A stretch of DNA of 64,000 bases from an uncultured Clostridia bacterium (lineage in GTDB: Bacteria > Bacillota > Clostridia > Lachnospirales > CAMVHY01). The notes under the pieces are model-generated. The model did no database searches. It worked only from the letters and a program-made list of their open reading frames with translations, and was not told the origin of the DNA. The translations under genes were made by a program, and so were the position numbers. Every line of letters starts with the position of its first letter. The stretch's first letter is position 1. The DNA is taken from NCBI GenBank assembly GCA_947073045.1, contig CAMTJU010000004.1, positions 1,150 to 65,149 on the forward strand. The letters are read 5' to 3'. Positions 20,123-30,242 of the stretch are shown in pieces.

Positions 20123-21652
20123 CTAATTCCAATATTTTCGATCGAGATTTCTGTATTGAATAGCTTCAGCAATATGCGAAGGCAAAATTTCTTCCTCATT
20201 TTCCAAATCTGCAATTGTTCTTGCAACTTTCAAAATCTTGCTGTATGCACGCGCACTCAAATTTAAATTATTAAATGCCGTCTTCAAAATATCTTGGCAC
20301 TCATTATTTGTTTTGCAATAAATTTCAATTTGCGTTGATGTAAGCTGCGAATTGAATCTCACATTTATATTTTTATATCGTTCATGTTGAATTTTTTGTG
20401 CTGCTAAAACACGTGATTTAATTTGCTGCGAAGTTTCCGACTTCCTCGTATTGCTTAAGTCATTATAATTTACTGGCGCAACTTCAACTTGTATATCAAT
20501 TCTGTCAAGCATTGGTCCAGAAATTTTGTTTAAGTAACGACTAATTTCGTAACTGCTGCAATTACATTTTGTATTTGAACCATAATATCCGCACGGGCAT
20601 GGATTCATTGCTGCAACAAGCATAAAATTTGCGGGGTAAGTAACAATACCATTAACCCGCGCAATTGTAATGAATTTATTTTCAAGAGGTTGGCGCATAA
20701 CTTCCAAAACATTTTTGTGAAATTCAGGTAATTCATCCAAAAACAAGACGCCATTATGTGCCAAACTTATTTCGCCAGGACGTGGAATTCTTCCACCGCC
20801 AGTTAATGCTGAATAAGAAATAGTATGATGCGGAGAGCGAAACGGTCTTTTTGTAACCAAAACGTCTTTATTAGCAAGAAGCCCCGATACACTATATATT
20901 TTAGTAACTTCAATACTTTCTTCAAATGTTAAATTAGGCAAAATTCCCGGCAATCTTTTTGCAATCATAGTTTTGCCAGAACCCGGCGGACCAATCATCA
21001 AAATATTGTGATTACCAGCAGCTGCAATTTCTATTGCACGTTTAACATTTTCTTGCCCCTTGACATCTGCAAAATCCAAATCAAAATTTTCATTTGATAA
21101 TTCAAAAATATTTTTTGCATTAATTTCAACAGGCAAAAGTGGTTTGTCCATTAAATGAGAAATGATTTGCGACAAATTTTTTACAGCTATTACTTGCATT
21201 CCATCAACAATTGCTGCTTCATTGGCATTAGGAAATGGCACAATACATTTTTTAATATTATTCTTAAAAGCCGCATAAACCATTGGCAAAATTCCATTTA
21301 CGCGACGTATTGAACCATCTAATGACAATTCACCAATTATAAAAGTATCAGCAACTTTTTTGGAATCGATTACACCCATACAAACTAAAATTCCGATGGC
21401 AATTGGCAAATCGAAAGCCGGACCTTCTTTTTTTATATCGGCAGGAGCTAAATTTACAGTTATTCTTCTTGCTGGCAATATGTAATTTGAATTTTTTATA
21501 GCAGTGCGAACTCTTTCTTTTGATTCTTTAACAGCCGAGTCTGGCAGGCCAACAATATCTATACCAGGTAATCCCGCACTTATATCGACTTCAACATTTA
21601 CAATATAGCCATTAATACCAATAAGAGCGCCACTCAAAATTTTTGTTATCAT
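20123..21652 (-). CDS. comM: YifB/ComM family Mg-chelatase-like AAA+ ATPase
   Basis: Lon-protease-like N-terminal domain, Walker A GPPGSGKT, Walker B LFLDELPEF, C-terminal ChlI-like domain. ATG at 21652 sits behind AAGGAG. Confidence 0.9.
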   Translation of the reverse strand: MITKILSGALIGINGYIVNVEVDISAGLPGIDIVGLPDSAVKESKERVRTAIKNSNYILPARRITVNLAPADIKKEGPAFDLPIAIGILVCMGVIDSKKVADTFIIGELSLDGSIRRVNGILPMVYAAFKNNIKKCIVPFPNANEAAIVDGMQVIAVKNLSQIISHLMDKPLLPVEINAKNIFELSNENFDLDFADVKGQENVKRAIEIAAAGNHNILMIGPPGSGKTMIAKRLPGILPNLTFEESIEVTKIYSVSGLLANKDVLVTKRPFRSPHHTISYSALTGGGRIPRPGEISLAHNGVLFLDELPEFHKNVLEVMRQPLENKFITIARVNGIVTYPANFMLVAAMNPCPCGYYGSNTKCNCSSYEISRYLNKISGPMLDRIDIQVEVAPVNYNDLSNTRKSETSQQIKSRVLAAQKIQHERYKNINVRFNSQLTSTQIEIYCKTNNECQDILKTAFNNLNLSARAYSKILKVARTIADLENEEEILPSHIAEAIQYRNLDRKYWN

Positions 21653-21754
21653 AATTAGCTCCTTCGCATTATAACAAAAAACCACATTATATGACAATAA
21701 TTATAATAAAAAAAACCCTCATTTACATAATGAGGGAAATGATTTAGCAAAAAA

Positions 21755-21958
21755 TTAAGCAACAGGAGTAACGTTAGCAGCTTGAAGACCTTTTGCGCCA
21801 TTAACTACTTCAAATTCAACTTTTTGACCTTCTTCTAAAGTTTTGTAACCTTCTGTTTTGATAGCGGAGAAATGAACAAATACATCATCTTCGCCAGGAA
21901 CAGAAATGAAACCAAAACCTTTTTCTGCGTTGAACCACTTAACAGTACCTAACTTCAT
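21755..21958 (-). CDS. cspA: cold-shock protein, CspA family
   Basis: 67 aa with RNP1/RNP2 motifs KGFGFI and VFVHFSAI. Confidence 0.97.
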   Translation of the reverse strand: MKLGTVKWFNAEKGFGFISVPGEDDVFVHFSAIKTEGYKTLEEGQKVEFEVVNGAKGLQAANVTPVA

Positions 21959-22274
21959 TAAAAAAATCCTCCTAAATATAATACACTAAACATTCAACAT
22001 ACTGCATATTAAGCATATCACTTAAGAATACATTTGTCAAGAAAAATCATTTTACTTAAATAAATTTTTTTGACAGCAGTTTTTCTAAAAAAAATTAATT
22101 ATTTTTATTTACAAGACAAAAATTTTGTATCTAATGTTTTTATCTACACAATGATTAAAATTTGCATTCATTCGTAAAACTATTTTTTATTTTGATTTGA
22201 TGCTATAATTTTATAGCAAATCATTGCATAAAAAAAGTGGCAATATTTTTAAAAATGCCCAAAGAAGGTCAACA

Positions 22275-23063
22275 ATGATAAAATTTGAAAACGTAACCTA
22301 CATTTATAATCCAAATACGGTTTATGAAAAAAAAGCCCTAGACAATATAAATATAAAGATTGACGAAGGTCAAATAATTGGACTAATTGGAAAAAGTGGA
22401 TCTGGAAAAAGTACACTCGTACAAAATTTATGCACTCTTTTAAAACCGACAAGCGGAAAAATTTTCACTGACAATAAAAAAATTGGGTTTGTGTTTCAGT
22501 ATCCAGAGCATCAAATTTTTGAAATGAGTGTGAAAAATGAAATTGAATTTGCCATTAAAAATTTAGATGAAACTGAAAAGCACAAAAGAGTTTTGGATGC
22601 ACTAGTTGCTGTCGGATTAACTAATAATTATTTGAATAAAAATCCGTTTGAATTATCGGGTGGCGAAAAAAGAAAAGTTGCTATTGCTAGTATTCTCGTA
22701 ATGCAACCAGAAATTTTAATATTAGATGAACCAACAGTTGGTTTGGATTTCAAAACGCAACAAAATATTTTATCTTACATAAAAAAACTTCACGAAACAA
22801 AAAAAATAACTATCATAATTATTTCGCACAATATGAATATAATTGCTGAACTTACGCAAAAAACAATTGTAATGGAAAATGGCAAAATAATTTTTTATGG
22901 GCAAACTTACAAAGCTTTTAATATTCCTGACATAAAGTTGCCTGATACAAAAAAATTAATAAATTTATTAAATGCTAAAGGTTTTCAAATTCCAGATAGT
23001 ATAATTAAATTTGATGAAACAGCAAAATTTATCGCCAAAAAACTTAAGGAGAAACAAAATTGA
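22275..23063 (+). CDS. ecfA: energy-coupling factor (ECF) transporter ATPase
   Basis: Walker A GKSGSGKST, signature LSGGEKRK, Walker B ILILDEP. Translationally coupled to ecfT. The ATG at 22275 (MIKFENV...) is preferred over the track start. Confidence 0.85.
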   Translation: MIKFENVTYIYNPNTVYEKKALDNINIKIDEGQIIGLIGKSGSGKSTLVQNLCTLLKPTSGKIFTDNKKIGFVFQYPEHQIFEMSVKNEIEFAIKNLDETEKHKRVLDALVAVGLTNNYLNKNPFELSGGEKRKVAIASILVMQPEILILDEPTVGLDFKTQQNILSYIKKLHETKKITIIIISHNMNIIAELTQKTIVMENGKIIFYGQTYKAFNIPDIKLPDTKKLINLLNAKGFQIPDSIIKFDETAKFIAKKLKEKQN

Positions 23064-23851
23064 ATTTTGGACAATTTTATAATACAAAATCAATTATTCA
23101 TCAGCTTGATCCGCGCATAAAACTTCTATCTTTAATTATTTTCGGTACACAAATATTTTTTATTGATTCAATACAAAATTACATTGTCATAATTTGCACA
23201 ATGTTTTTTTTGGTGTATTTATCGCATGTTCCATTTAAATTGTTTTTAAAAAGCACAAAAAGTATTTGTTCTATAATACTTTTCACTTCAATATTAAATA
23301 TGTTTTTTATTACAAATGGAAATGTGATATTCAAATTTTTTTTCTTACGTATAACAGATTGCTCTTTAATGTTAGCAATAAAAATGTCTTTGAGATTAAT
23401 AATTTTGGTGTTTTTGACTTCTCTTTTGACATTTACCACATCAACTTTAAGATTAACAGATGCATTAGTAAATATTTTGTCGCCATTTAAAAAAATATTG
23501 CCGACAAATGAAATATCTATGATTATTTCAATAACATTAAGATTTATTCCCGTATTGTCAGAAGAATTTAAAATGATAATGAAGGCGCAAACTATGCGCG
23601 GTATAGATTTCAAAAGTAAAAATATAAACGAGCGAATAAAAAATTATCTTGCTCTATTAATTCCAATTTTTATTTCAGCTTTCAGACGAGCCGATGATTT
23701 AGCATTTGCAATGCAAGCTCGTTGTTATAACCCAAATATAAAAAGAAACAGCTTGAAGAAATTAAAACTTCAAGCTGCAGATTTTTATGCTATTTCATTT
23801 TTAATTGCATTTTTCTTTTTGACTTGCTTTCTTGAAAATTTAAAATTTTAA
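23060..23851 (+). CDS. ecfT: ECF transporter transmembrane (T) component
   Basis: 263 aa. LDPRIKL start and an ARG-type coupling helix (MKAQTMRGIDF, and FRRADDLAFAMQARCY). TTG start overlaps the ecfA stop. Confidence 0.85.
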   Translation: MNFGQFYNTKSIIHQLDPRIKLLSLIIFGTQIFFIDSIQNYIVIICTMFFLVYLSHVPFKLFLKSTKSICSIILFTSILNMFFITNGNVIFKFFFLRITDCSLMLAIKMSLRLIILVFLTSLLTFTTSTLRLTDALVNILSPFKKILPTNEISMIISITLRFIPVLSEEFKMIMKAQTMRGIDFKSKNINERIKNYLALLIPIFISAFRRADDLAFAMQARCYNPNIKRNSLKKLKLQAADFYAISFLIAFFFLTCFLENLKF

Positions 23852-23862
23852 CATGTTTAAAA

Positions 23863-24288
23863 TTACCTTTTGACTTTAACAACATTTTTCATTTTATCAG
23901 CAGTAATTTTTTTGCCATGAGCATAATTTAAAATATAAATACCGGCAAGTTCAACCTTACTATTTTTTTTTAACTCAATTGTTTTATAAACTTTTTTATC
24001 GCATATTAAATTCATAATTTTGTTGCCAATTTTAGCTTGAACCATTGGCAATTTAAAAAACCTATAGAACTTTGGGACATTTTCCACAAAAGCTTTAGGT
24101 AAATTTGCGTCTTTGAGGCGCATTTTTTTTTTGTTTAAAACAAAAATATTGGTAACCATTTTAGATTTTTCAATCATATCCTGTTGATCACCATATTTTT
24201 TAGCGGCCCATCGATTTAAAAAATACATACTTCCCAAAATTAATGCAGCTATAATTGCAACAAGCAATAATATATCCAAATAAGTCAT
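23863..24288 (-). CDS. hypothetical N-terminally membrane-anchored protein
   Basis: MTYLDILLLVAIIAALILGSMYFL TM helix followed by a soluble ~110 aa K-rich domain. ATG at 24288 sits behind AAAGGTGGG. Confidence 0.5.
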   Translation of the reverse strand: MTYLDILLLVAIIAALILGSMYFLNRWAAKKYGDQQDMIEKSKMVTNIFVLNKKKMRLKDANLPKAFVENVPKFYRFFKLPMVQAKIGNKIMNLICDKKVYKTIELKKNSKVELAGIYILNYAHGKKITADKMKNVVKVKR

Positions 24289-24384
24289 TTTAATTTTTCC
24301 CACCTTTCGTTTTCATTTTACCAGATTTGTTTTTTAGCTGCAATATATGTTAGAATGTGAATAATTATTTTGGAGGAATAGAAA

Positions 24385-25854
24385 ATGTTAAACGATGCGA
24401 TACAAATTCTCTTGCAGATATTTCTTATACTGAACATATTTTTTACTGTCTTTATAATATTTTTTGAAAGAAAGAATCCGGCATCAACTTGGGCATGGAT
24501 TATTGTTTTAAATATTTTGCCCTACTTTGGATTCATTATATATTTAATGTTTGGACTGGAAGCTCGCAAACATAAAATTTTTATATTAAAATCCAAGCGC
24601 GATTATGATTTATATAATGAATATCTTGCGCTTGTAAAAAACCGTAATTATTTCATCGATCAAGAAAAGGCTATACAAAATTCAAAAAACATATTGCAAA
24701 TTCCAGAATACGAAAATTTCAGCGATATGGTTTATATGAATTATAAATCGAGTTTGAGCTCTGTTACGTTAAATAATAAATTAACTTTGTTCAATGATGG
24801 GCAAGCAAAATTTGATTCTCTTATTAATGATATTGAAAATGCACAAAAGTTTATCCACATTCAATATTATATTTTTAGAGATGATGAACTTGGCCATAAA
24901 ATATTAAATTTGCTTACAAAAAAAGCAAATGAAGGCTTGGAAGTAAAATTATTGATAGATGGAATGGGCTGCATTAAAAATCACAAGCATTTTTGTGATA
25001 AATTAATAAAAGCCGGTGGAAAAGTTGTTTATTTCCTACCGCCTTATTTTTTTCGTGTAAATTTCCGCAATCACAGAAAAATTTGTGTTATCGATGGTAC
25101 AATTGGATACATTGGTGGCTTTAACATAGGCGATGAATATCTTGGTAAATCAAAGAAGTTTAATTTTTGGCGCGACAGTCACATTAAAATTTATGGTGAT
25201 GCTACAAAACAACTTGAACTACGTTTCATAATGGATTGGAATTTTTGCCAAATGGACAATATTAAACTTGAGGAAAAATATTTTCCACGCATTCAAATTA
25301 TTGACTGCACAACAATGCAAATTGTAAGCAGCGGTCCGGATACGCACTGGCCTAGCATACAATATAATTATTTTAAAATGATTAACGAAGCCAATAAATC
25401 TATCTATATCCAAACACCATACTTTATTCTGGAAGACAGCGTTCTTGAAGCATTAAAAATTGCTGCACTATCTGGAATAGATGTGAAAATTATTATTCCT
25501 GCTAAACCTGACCATCCTTTTGTGTATTGGGCAAACTTATCTTATATTGGCGAACTTTTAGAATCCGGTGCAAAATGTTATAAATACGAAAAGGGGTTTA
25601 TTCACAGCAAATTAATTTTAATCGATGGAAAAATTTCTTCCGTCGGCACTGCTAATATGGATATAAGAAGTTTTAAATTAAATTTCGAAATAAATTCAAT
25701 TATATATGATAAAAATGTAACTGCGCAATTTGAAAATGCTTTCGATAACGACTTAGAAAATTGCTCACAAATTATGAAAGAAGATTATATTCATCGCTCT
25801 AACTTCGTCAAAATTAAAGAGTCAATCTCAAGATTATTCTCACCGCTCTTATAG
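24385..25854 (+). CDS. cls: cardiolipin synthase
   Basis: Two N-terminal TM helices and two HKD motifs ([18 protein letters not shown]). Confidence 0.93.
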   Translation: MLNDAIQILLQIFLILNIFFTVFIIFFERKNPASTWAWIIVLNILPYFGFIIYLMFGLEARKHKIFILKSKRDYDLYNEYLALVKNRNYFIDQEKAIQNSKNILQIPEYENFSDMVYMNYKSSLSSVTLNNKLTLFNDGQAKFDSLINDIENAQKFIHIQYYIFRDDELGHKILNLLTKKANEGLEVKLLIDGMGCIKNHKHFCDKLIKAGGKVVYFLPPYFFRVNFRNHRKICVIDGTIGYIGGFNIGDEYLGKSKKFNFWRDSHIKIYGDATKQLELRFIMDWNFCQMDNIKLEEKYFPRIQIIDCTTMQIVSSGPDTHWPSIQYNYFKMINEANKSIYIQTPYFILEDSVLEALKIAALSGIDVKIIIPAKPDHPFVYWANLSYIGELLESGAKCYKYEKGFIHSKLILIDGKISSVGTANMDIRSFKLNFEINSIIYDKNVTAQFENAFDNDLENCSQIMKEDYIHRSNFVKIKESISRLFSPLL

Positions 25855-25864
25855 GAGGACTTTT

Positions 25865-27832
25865 ATGAATTTTAAACTTGTATCTGAATTTAAACCTACC
25901 GGTGATCAGCCTCAGGCTATTGAAAAATTAACGGCAGGTTTTTTGCATGGTCAAAAATTTCAAACTTTAATGGGTGTTACGGGCTCCGGCAAAACTTTTA
26001 CTATGGCTAATGTAATTGAAAAATTGAACCGCCCAACGCTCGTCATCGCCCACAATAAAACTTTGGCCGCGCAATTATATAGTGAGTTCAAAGAATTTTT
26101 CCCGGACAATGCTGTTGAGTATTTCGTTTCCTATTACGATTATTATCAGCCAGAAGTTTATATGCCCGCCACTGATACATACATTGAAAAAGATTCCGCA
26201 ATAAATGACGAAATTGATAAACTTCGCTATAGTGCAACTGCTTCGCTTTTCGATAGGCGCGATGTAATTGTTGTAGCAAGTGTGTCTTGCATATATGGAC
26301 TGGGAAATCCGGACGATTATAATAATATGATTCTCGCGCTCAAACCCGGATTAAATATAAAACGTGATGACATTTTAGGAAAACTTATCGAACTTCAATA
26401 TATACGCAATGACTACGAATTCAAACGCGGAACATTTCGTGTACGCGGTGACGTTATTGAAATTTTCCCGTCGTATTCATCTGAGTCTGCATTGCGAATA
26501 GAAATGTTCGGCGACGAAATCGAACGAATATTAGAAATCGAAGCGCTTAGTGGAAAAATTATCGGCAAACGAAATTATACATGCGTTATGCCGGCGTCGC
26601 ATTACGTTACGTCAAAAGAAAAACTTGAATTAGCAATCAAAAATACAAAAAATGAAATGCATGAACAAGTAAAAAAGTTTCGTAGTGAGGACAAATTGGT
26701 TGAGGCAGAAAGAATTGAGCGCCGTACGAATTACGATATAGAAATGATGCGCGAGGTTGGATTTTGTAGCGGCATTGAAAATTATTCGCGCCATATTGAA
26801 AATCGTCCCGAAGGCAGCGCTCCTTATACTTTAATGGATTACTTCCCCGATGATTTTTTAATCATTGTCGATGAATCGCATGTTACTATTCCACAAATCA
26901 ACGCAATGTACAAAGGAGATATGTCGCGCAAAGGCACACTAATTGATTATGGATTTCGATTGCCTTCCGCTAGAGACAATCGTCCATTAAAATTCTCGGA
27001 ATTCGAAAGCAAAATAAATCAAATGCTTTTTGTATCGGCAACACCTGCAAATTATGAAAAAGAAAATTCATCACAAATAGTCGAGCAAATAATTCGTCCA
27101 ACAGGTTTACTAGACCCTGAAATTTTTATTCACTCGATAACGGGGCAAATAGATAATTTAATCGAGCAAATAAAAAAAACTGTGGCCCAGCACGAAAAAA
27201 TTTTAGTAACAACACTTACAAAAAAGATGGCTGAAAATTTAACCGACTATTTAAAACAAAATGACATACGCGTAAAATATCTGCATTCCGATATAGATAC
27301 GCTCGAGCGTGTCAAAATAATTCATGATTTGCGTACAGATGTTTTTGATGTAATCGTTGGAATAAATTTATTGCGCGAGGGTTTGGATATTCCAGAGGTT
27401 TCGCTAATTACAATCCTCGATGCAGACAAGGAAGGATTTTTGCGTTCATCGACTTCGCTCATTCAAACCATAGGTCGTGCTGCGAGAAATGCCAACGGAA
27501 AAGTAATCATGTATGCCGACACAATCACAAATGCTATGCAAACAGCGATTGATGAAACACAGCGTCGCCGAAATATTCAGCAAAAATACAATGCGCAGCA
27601 CAACATAATTCCACAGACAATAAAAAAAGAAGTCCGCAAAATAATCAAAGCCACTCAAGAAGTTGAAGATGAGGCTAAACAAACCAAACCAATTGGATTA
27701 ATGACAGCAAACCAGATAAAAAAGGAAATTAAAAAATTGACAAATAAAATGGAAAAGGCATCACTCGAATTAGATTTTGAAAGTGCAATAAATTTTCGCG
27801 ATCAAATTGAAGAATTAAAAAAGCAGCTTTAA
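25865..27832 (+). CDS. uvrB: excinuclease ABC subunit B
   Basis: 655 aa with [13 protein letters not shown], helicase motifs and a C-terminal UVR domain ([20 protein letters not shown]). Confidence 0.98.
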   Translation: MNFKLVSEFKPTGDQPQAIEKLTAGFLHGQKFQTLMGVTGSGKTFTMANVIEKLNRPTLVIAHNKTLAAQLYSEFKEFFPDNAVEYFVSYYDYYQPEVYMPATDTYIEKDSAINDEIDKLRYSATASLFDRRDVIVVASVSCIYGLGNPDDYNNMILALKPGLNIKRDDILGKLIELQYIRNDYEFKRGTFRVRGDVIEIFPSYSSESALRIEMFGDEIERILEIEALSGKIIGKRNYTCVMPASHYVTSKEKLELAIKNTKNEMHEQVKKFRSEDKLVEAERIERRTNYDIEMMREVGFCSGIENYSRHIENRPEGSAPYTLMDYFPDDFLIIVDESHVTIPQINAMYKGDMSRKGTLIDYGFRLPSARDNRPLKFSEFESKINQMLFVSATPANYEKENSSQIVEQIIRPTGLLDPEIFIHSITGQIDNLIEQIKKTVAQHEKILVTTLTKKMAENLTDYLKQNDIRVKYLHSDIDTLERVKIIHDLRTDVFDVIVGINLLREGLDIPEVSLITILDADKEGFLRSSTSLIQTIGRAARNANGKVIMYADTITNAMQTAIDETQRRRNIQQKYNAQHNIIPQTIKKEVRKIIKATQEVEDEAKQTKPIGLMTANQIKKEIKKLTNKMEKASLELDFESAINFRDQIEELKKQL

Positions 27833-27845
27833 TTTTAAAAAACCT

Positions 27846-27988
27846 AAGCTTTTTTGAAAAAAGCTTACATAAGCGTCTCATTTGAAACCGCTTCATAGAA
27901 AACTTTATAACAAAAAATCTCAAGCATCGCTTGAGATTTTTTGTTGAAGCTCTTTGTCTTACATTCTTACAAGAAAGTAAAAATTTCG
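27846..27988. repeat. intact composite of repeat modules filling the uvrB/TM2 convergent gap: C hairpin, B unit (reverse), A hairpin, E-like hairpin
   Basis: AAGCTTTTTTGAAAAAAGCTT (27846-27866). ATAAGCGTCTC..CCGCTTCAT (27869-27896). AAAAAATCTCAAGCatcGCTTGAGATTTTTT (27912-27942). CTTACATTCTTACAAGAAAGTAA (about 27965-27988). Confidence 0.8.
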
Positions 27989-28001
27989 TTTTTTAAAATC
28001 T

Positions 28002-28379
28002 TTACAACAACACCATAACGTTTTCGAAATTAATTTTCTTAACGCGATCTGATATTGTAAATAAATCATATAACCAAAGTATTGCACACAATCCACCTGT
28101 TAAAAGCTTTAATATTCCCATTCCTATATCGCCTATCATAAATCTGTCTATGCCTAATGAGCCTAAAATTGCTGAGACAAGAATAATAACTTGAGGCGAT
28201 TTTAAATCCATTGTTGAAATCAATTCAAATTTCTTATCGTCTATTTGTGACATTTTACTTTTCAAATAAATAAGTTTTTCCGAAGGAAAATACTGACGAT
28301 TCGAAAGAATATACATTTCAACCTTTTGTATATCAATTTTTGGTTTCACTTCTTTATTTGAATTATTATTTTCTTGCAT
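28002..28379 (-). CDS. TM2 domain-containing membrane protein
   Basis: C-terminal LGSLGIDRFMIGDIGMGILKLLTGG..WLYDLF TM2 signature. ATG at 28379 sits behind AAGGAG. Confidence 0.8.
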   Translation of the reverse strand: MQENNNSNKEVKPKIDIQKVEMYILSNRQYFPSEKLIYLKSKMSQIDDKKFELISTMDLKSPQVIILVSAILGSLGIDRFMIGDIGMGILKLLTGGLCAILWLYDLFTISDRVKKINFENVMVLL

Positions 28380-28436
28380 TTTTATCATCTCCTTTGTCTT
28401 TATCATATTACTTTACAGCTGTAATATCAATTTTTT

Positions 28437-28694
28437 TTATGGAATAGAATTTGTAGAGAGACGAATAATATATACAATAAAAAATAAAATTGCTGTAGCA
28501 TACATATACATATTAACATATTTATTTTTTGGAATATAAAAATTGTCTTGCGCTAGCATTAAAAATATTGCAGGTAATATAAAAATAAGCATTGGATGTG
28601 CACAAAATGATTCTTTGAATTTTAATTGCAATAATAAAATAAATGCACGCGTGAGTCCACACGATGGACAAGGAATTCCTATATATTTTCTCAC
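28437..28694 (-). CDS. DUF2752 domain-containing membrane protein
   Basis: 85 aa with N-terminal CPSCGLTRAF motif, then TM helices. GTG start. Confidence 0.7.
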   Translation of the reverse strand: MRKYIGIPCPSCGLTRAFILLLQLKFKESFCAHPMLIFILPAIFLMLAQDNFYIPKNKYVNMYMYATAILFFIVYIIRLSTNSIP

Positions 28695-28875
28695 TGGACA
28701 CTCAAATTTATTACTAAATATAAAAATGATTAATAAAATGAAATTTGAAGCTCGAACAATTTGTTTGAATAAATTTTTTCTCTGTAGTTTATTTATTTTT
28801 TGTCCCTCCTCGCTTTTTTTTACATATGATATTACATATGGTATAATAAAATCAAATGGATTGGGAGGATCTAAA

Positions 28876-30228
28876 ATGCGTAAATTATTTGGAACGGACG
28901 GCGTTCGTGGATTAGCAAATACTGAATTGACTTGTGAATTGGCTTATAATTTGGGACGTGCTGGTGCATTTGTTCTGTCCCGTTCGAATCATCATATACC
29001 TAAAATTATTGTCGGCAAAGATACAAGAATCTCTGGTTATATGCTTGAATCTGCTTTGGCTGCAGGAATGTGTTCCGTCGGAGCAAAAGTATATTTGGCG
29101 GGTGTCGTGCCAACACCAGCAATTGCTTATCTTGTTAGAGAATATAATTGTGATGCGGGCGTAGTTATTTCTGCATCTCACAATCCTTTTCATGATAACG
29201 GTATAAAATTTTTTAATGGCGATGGCTATAAATTATCAGACAGTCTTGAGGAACAAATCGAAGATATTATTTTTAACAAGCAAGATATTTTACCGCACCC
29301 TACTGGTGAAAATCTTGGCTTTATTACTTACAGACACAATGCTATAAATGATTACATAAAATTTTTAATGTCTACTTTAGACAAAATTGATCTTTCGGGA
29401 TTAAAAATTGCACTAGATTGTGCAAACGGCGCTACGTTTAAAGCAGCTCCGTATGTATTTAAAAATTTAGGCGCTCAGGTTTTTGTTATCAATGACAAAC
29501 CAAACGGTAAAAACATTAATTTAAATTGCGGTTCAACTCATCTTAATCAATTGGTCGAATTTGTTCTTGATAATAATATTGATGTTGGATTTGGATTTGA
29601 CGGCGACGGTGATAGATGCCTTGCTGTTGATAGCAATGGTAATATTGTTCACGGTGATGAAATATTATCTATTTGCGCTCACTACATGAAACAAAATGGT
29701 TTGCTAAATCACAATACTATTGTTGCTACCATTATGAGTAATCTTGGATTATTTATTATGGGTGAAAAATATGGCATTAATGTAGAAAAAACTGGTGTTG
29801 GGGATCGATACGTATTAGAAAAAATGCTTGAGTGTGGATATAATTTAGGCGGCGAGCAATCTGGGCATATTATATTTTCTGATCACAATACAACTGGCGA
29901 TGGAATTTTAACAGCATTATATCTTTCAAAAATTATGGCTCAATCAAATAAAAAATTATCATCGCTTAACAATTTAATGAATATAATGCCACAAGTTTTA
30001 GTAAATGCAAAAGTCAGCAACAACAAAAAAAATCAATATATGTTCAATACGCAAATAAAATCTGAAATAAAAATGCTTGAACAAAAATTTGCAAACAACG
30101 GACGTGTTGTTATACGCCCTTCCGGTACTGAGCCTCTTATTCGAGTAATGCTTGAAGGCTCAAATAAATCAATGTTAACTCAAGAAGCTCTAAGACTTGC
30201 AGGAATTATGGAAAAATATTTGAATTAG
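28876..30228 (+). CDS. glmM: phosphoglucosamine mutase
   Basis: MRKLFGTDGVRG start behind GGGAGG, active-site SASHNP, GFDGDGDR Mg loop. The track's upstream extension to 28543 is antisense to the DUF2752 gene and is rejected. Confidence 0.96.
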   Translation: MRKLFGTDGVRGLANTELTCELAYNLGRAGAFVLSRSNHHIPKIIVGKDTRISGYMLESALAAGMCSVGAKVYLAGVVPTPAIAYLVREYNCDAGVVISASHNPFHDNGIKFFNGDGYKLSDSLEEQIEDIIFNKQDILPHPTGENLGFITYRHNAINDYIKFLMSTLDKIDLSGLKIALDCANGATFKAAPYVFKNLGAQVFVINDKPNGKNINLNCGSTHLNQLVEFVLDNNIDVGFGFDGDGDRCLAVDSNGNIVHGDEILSICAHYMKQNGLLNHNTIVATIMSNLGLFIMGEKYGINVEKTGVGDRYVLEKMLECGYNLGGEQSGHIIFSDHNTTGDGILTALYLSKIMAQSNKKLSSLNNLMNIMPQVLVNAKVSNNKKNQYMFNTQIKSEIKMLEQKFANNGRVVIRPSGTEPLIRVMLEGSNKSMLTQEALRLAGIMEKYLN

Positions 30229-30242
30229 GAAGTGTGAAAAAA

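Noticed and set aside
28543-28875. N-terminal 111-codon extension of the glmM ORF as given in the ORF track
   Set aside because: The extension is antisense to the DUF2752 gene and its promoter region. Conserved GlmM starts at MRKLFGTDGVRG (28876), directly behind a GGGAGG RBS.
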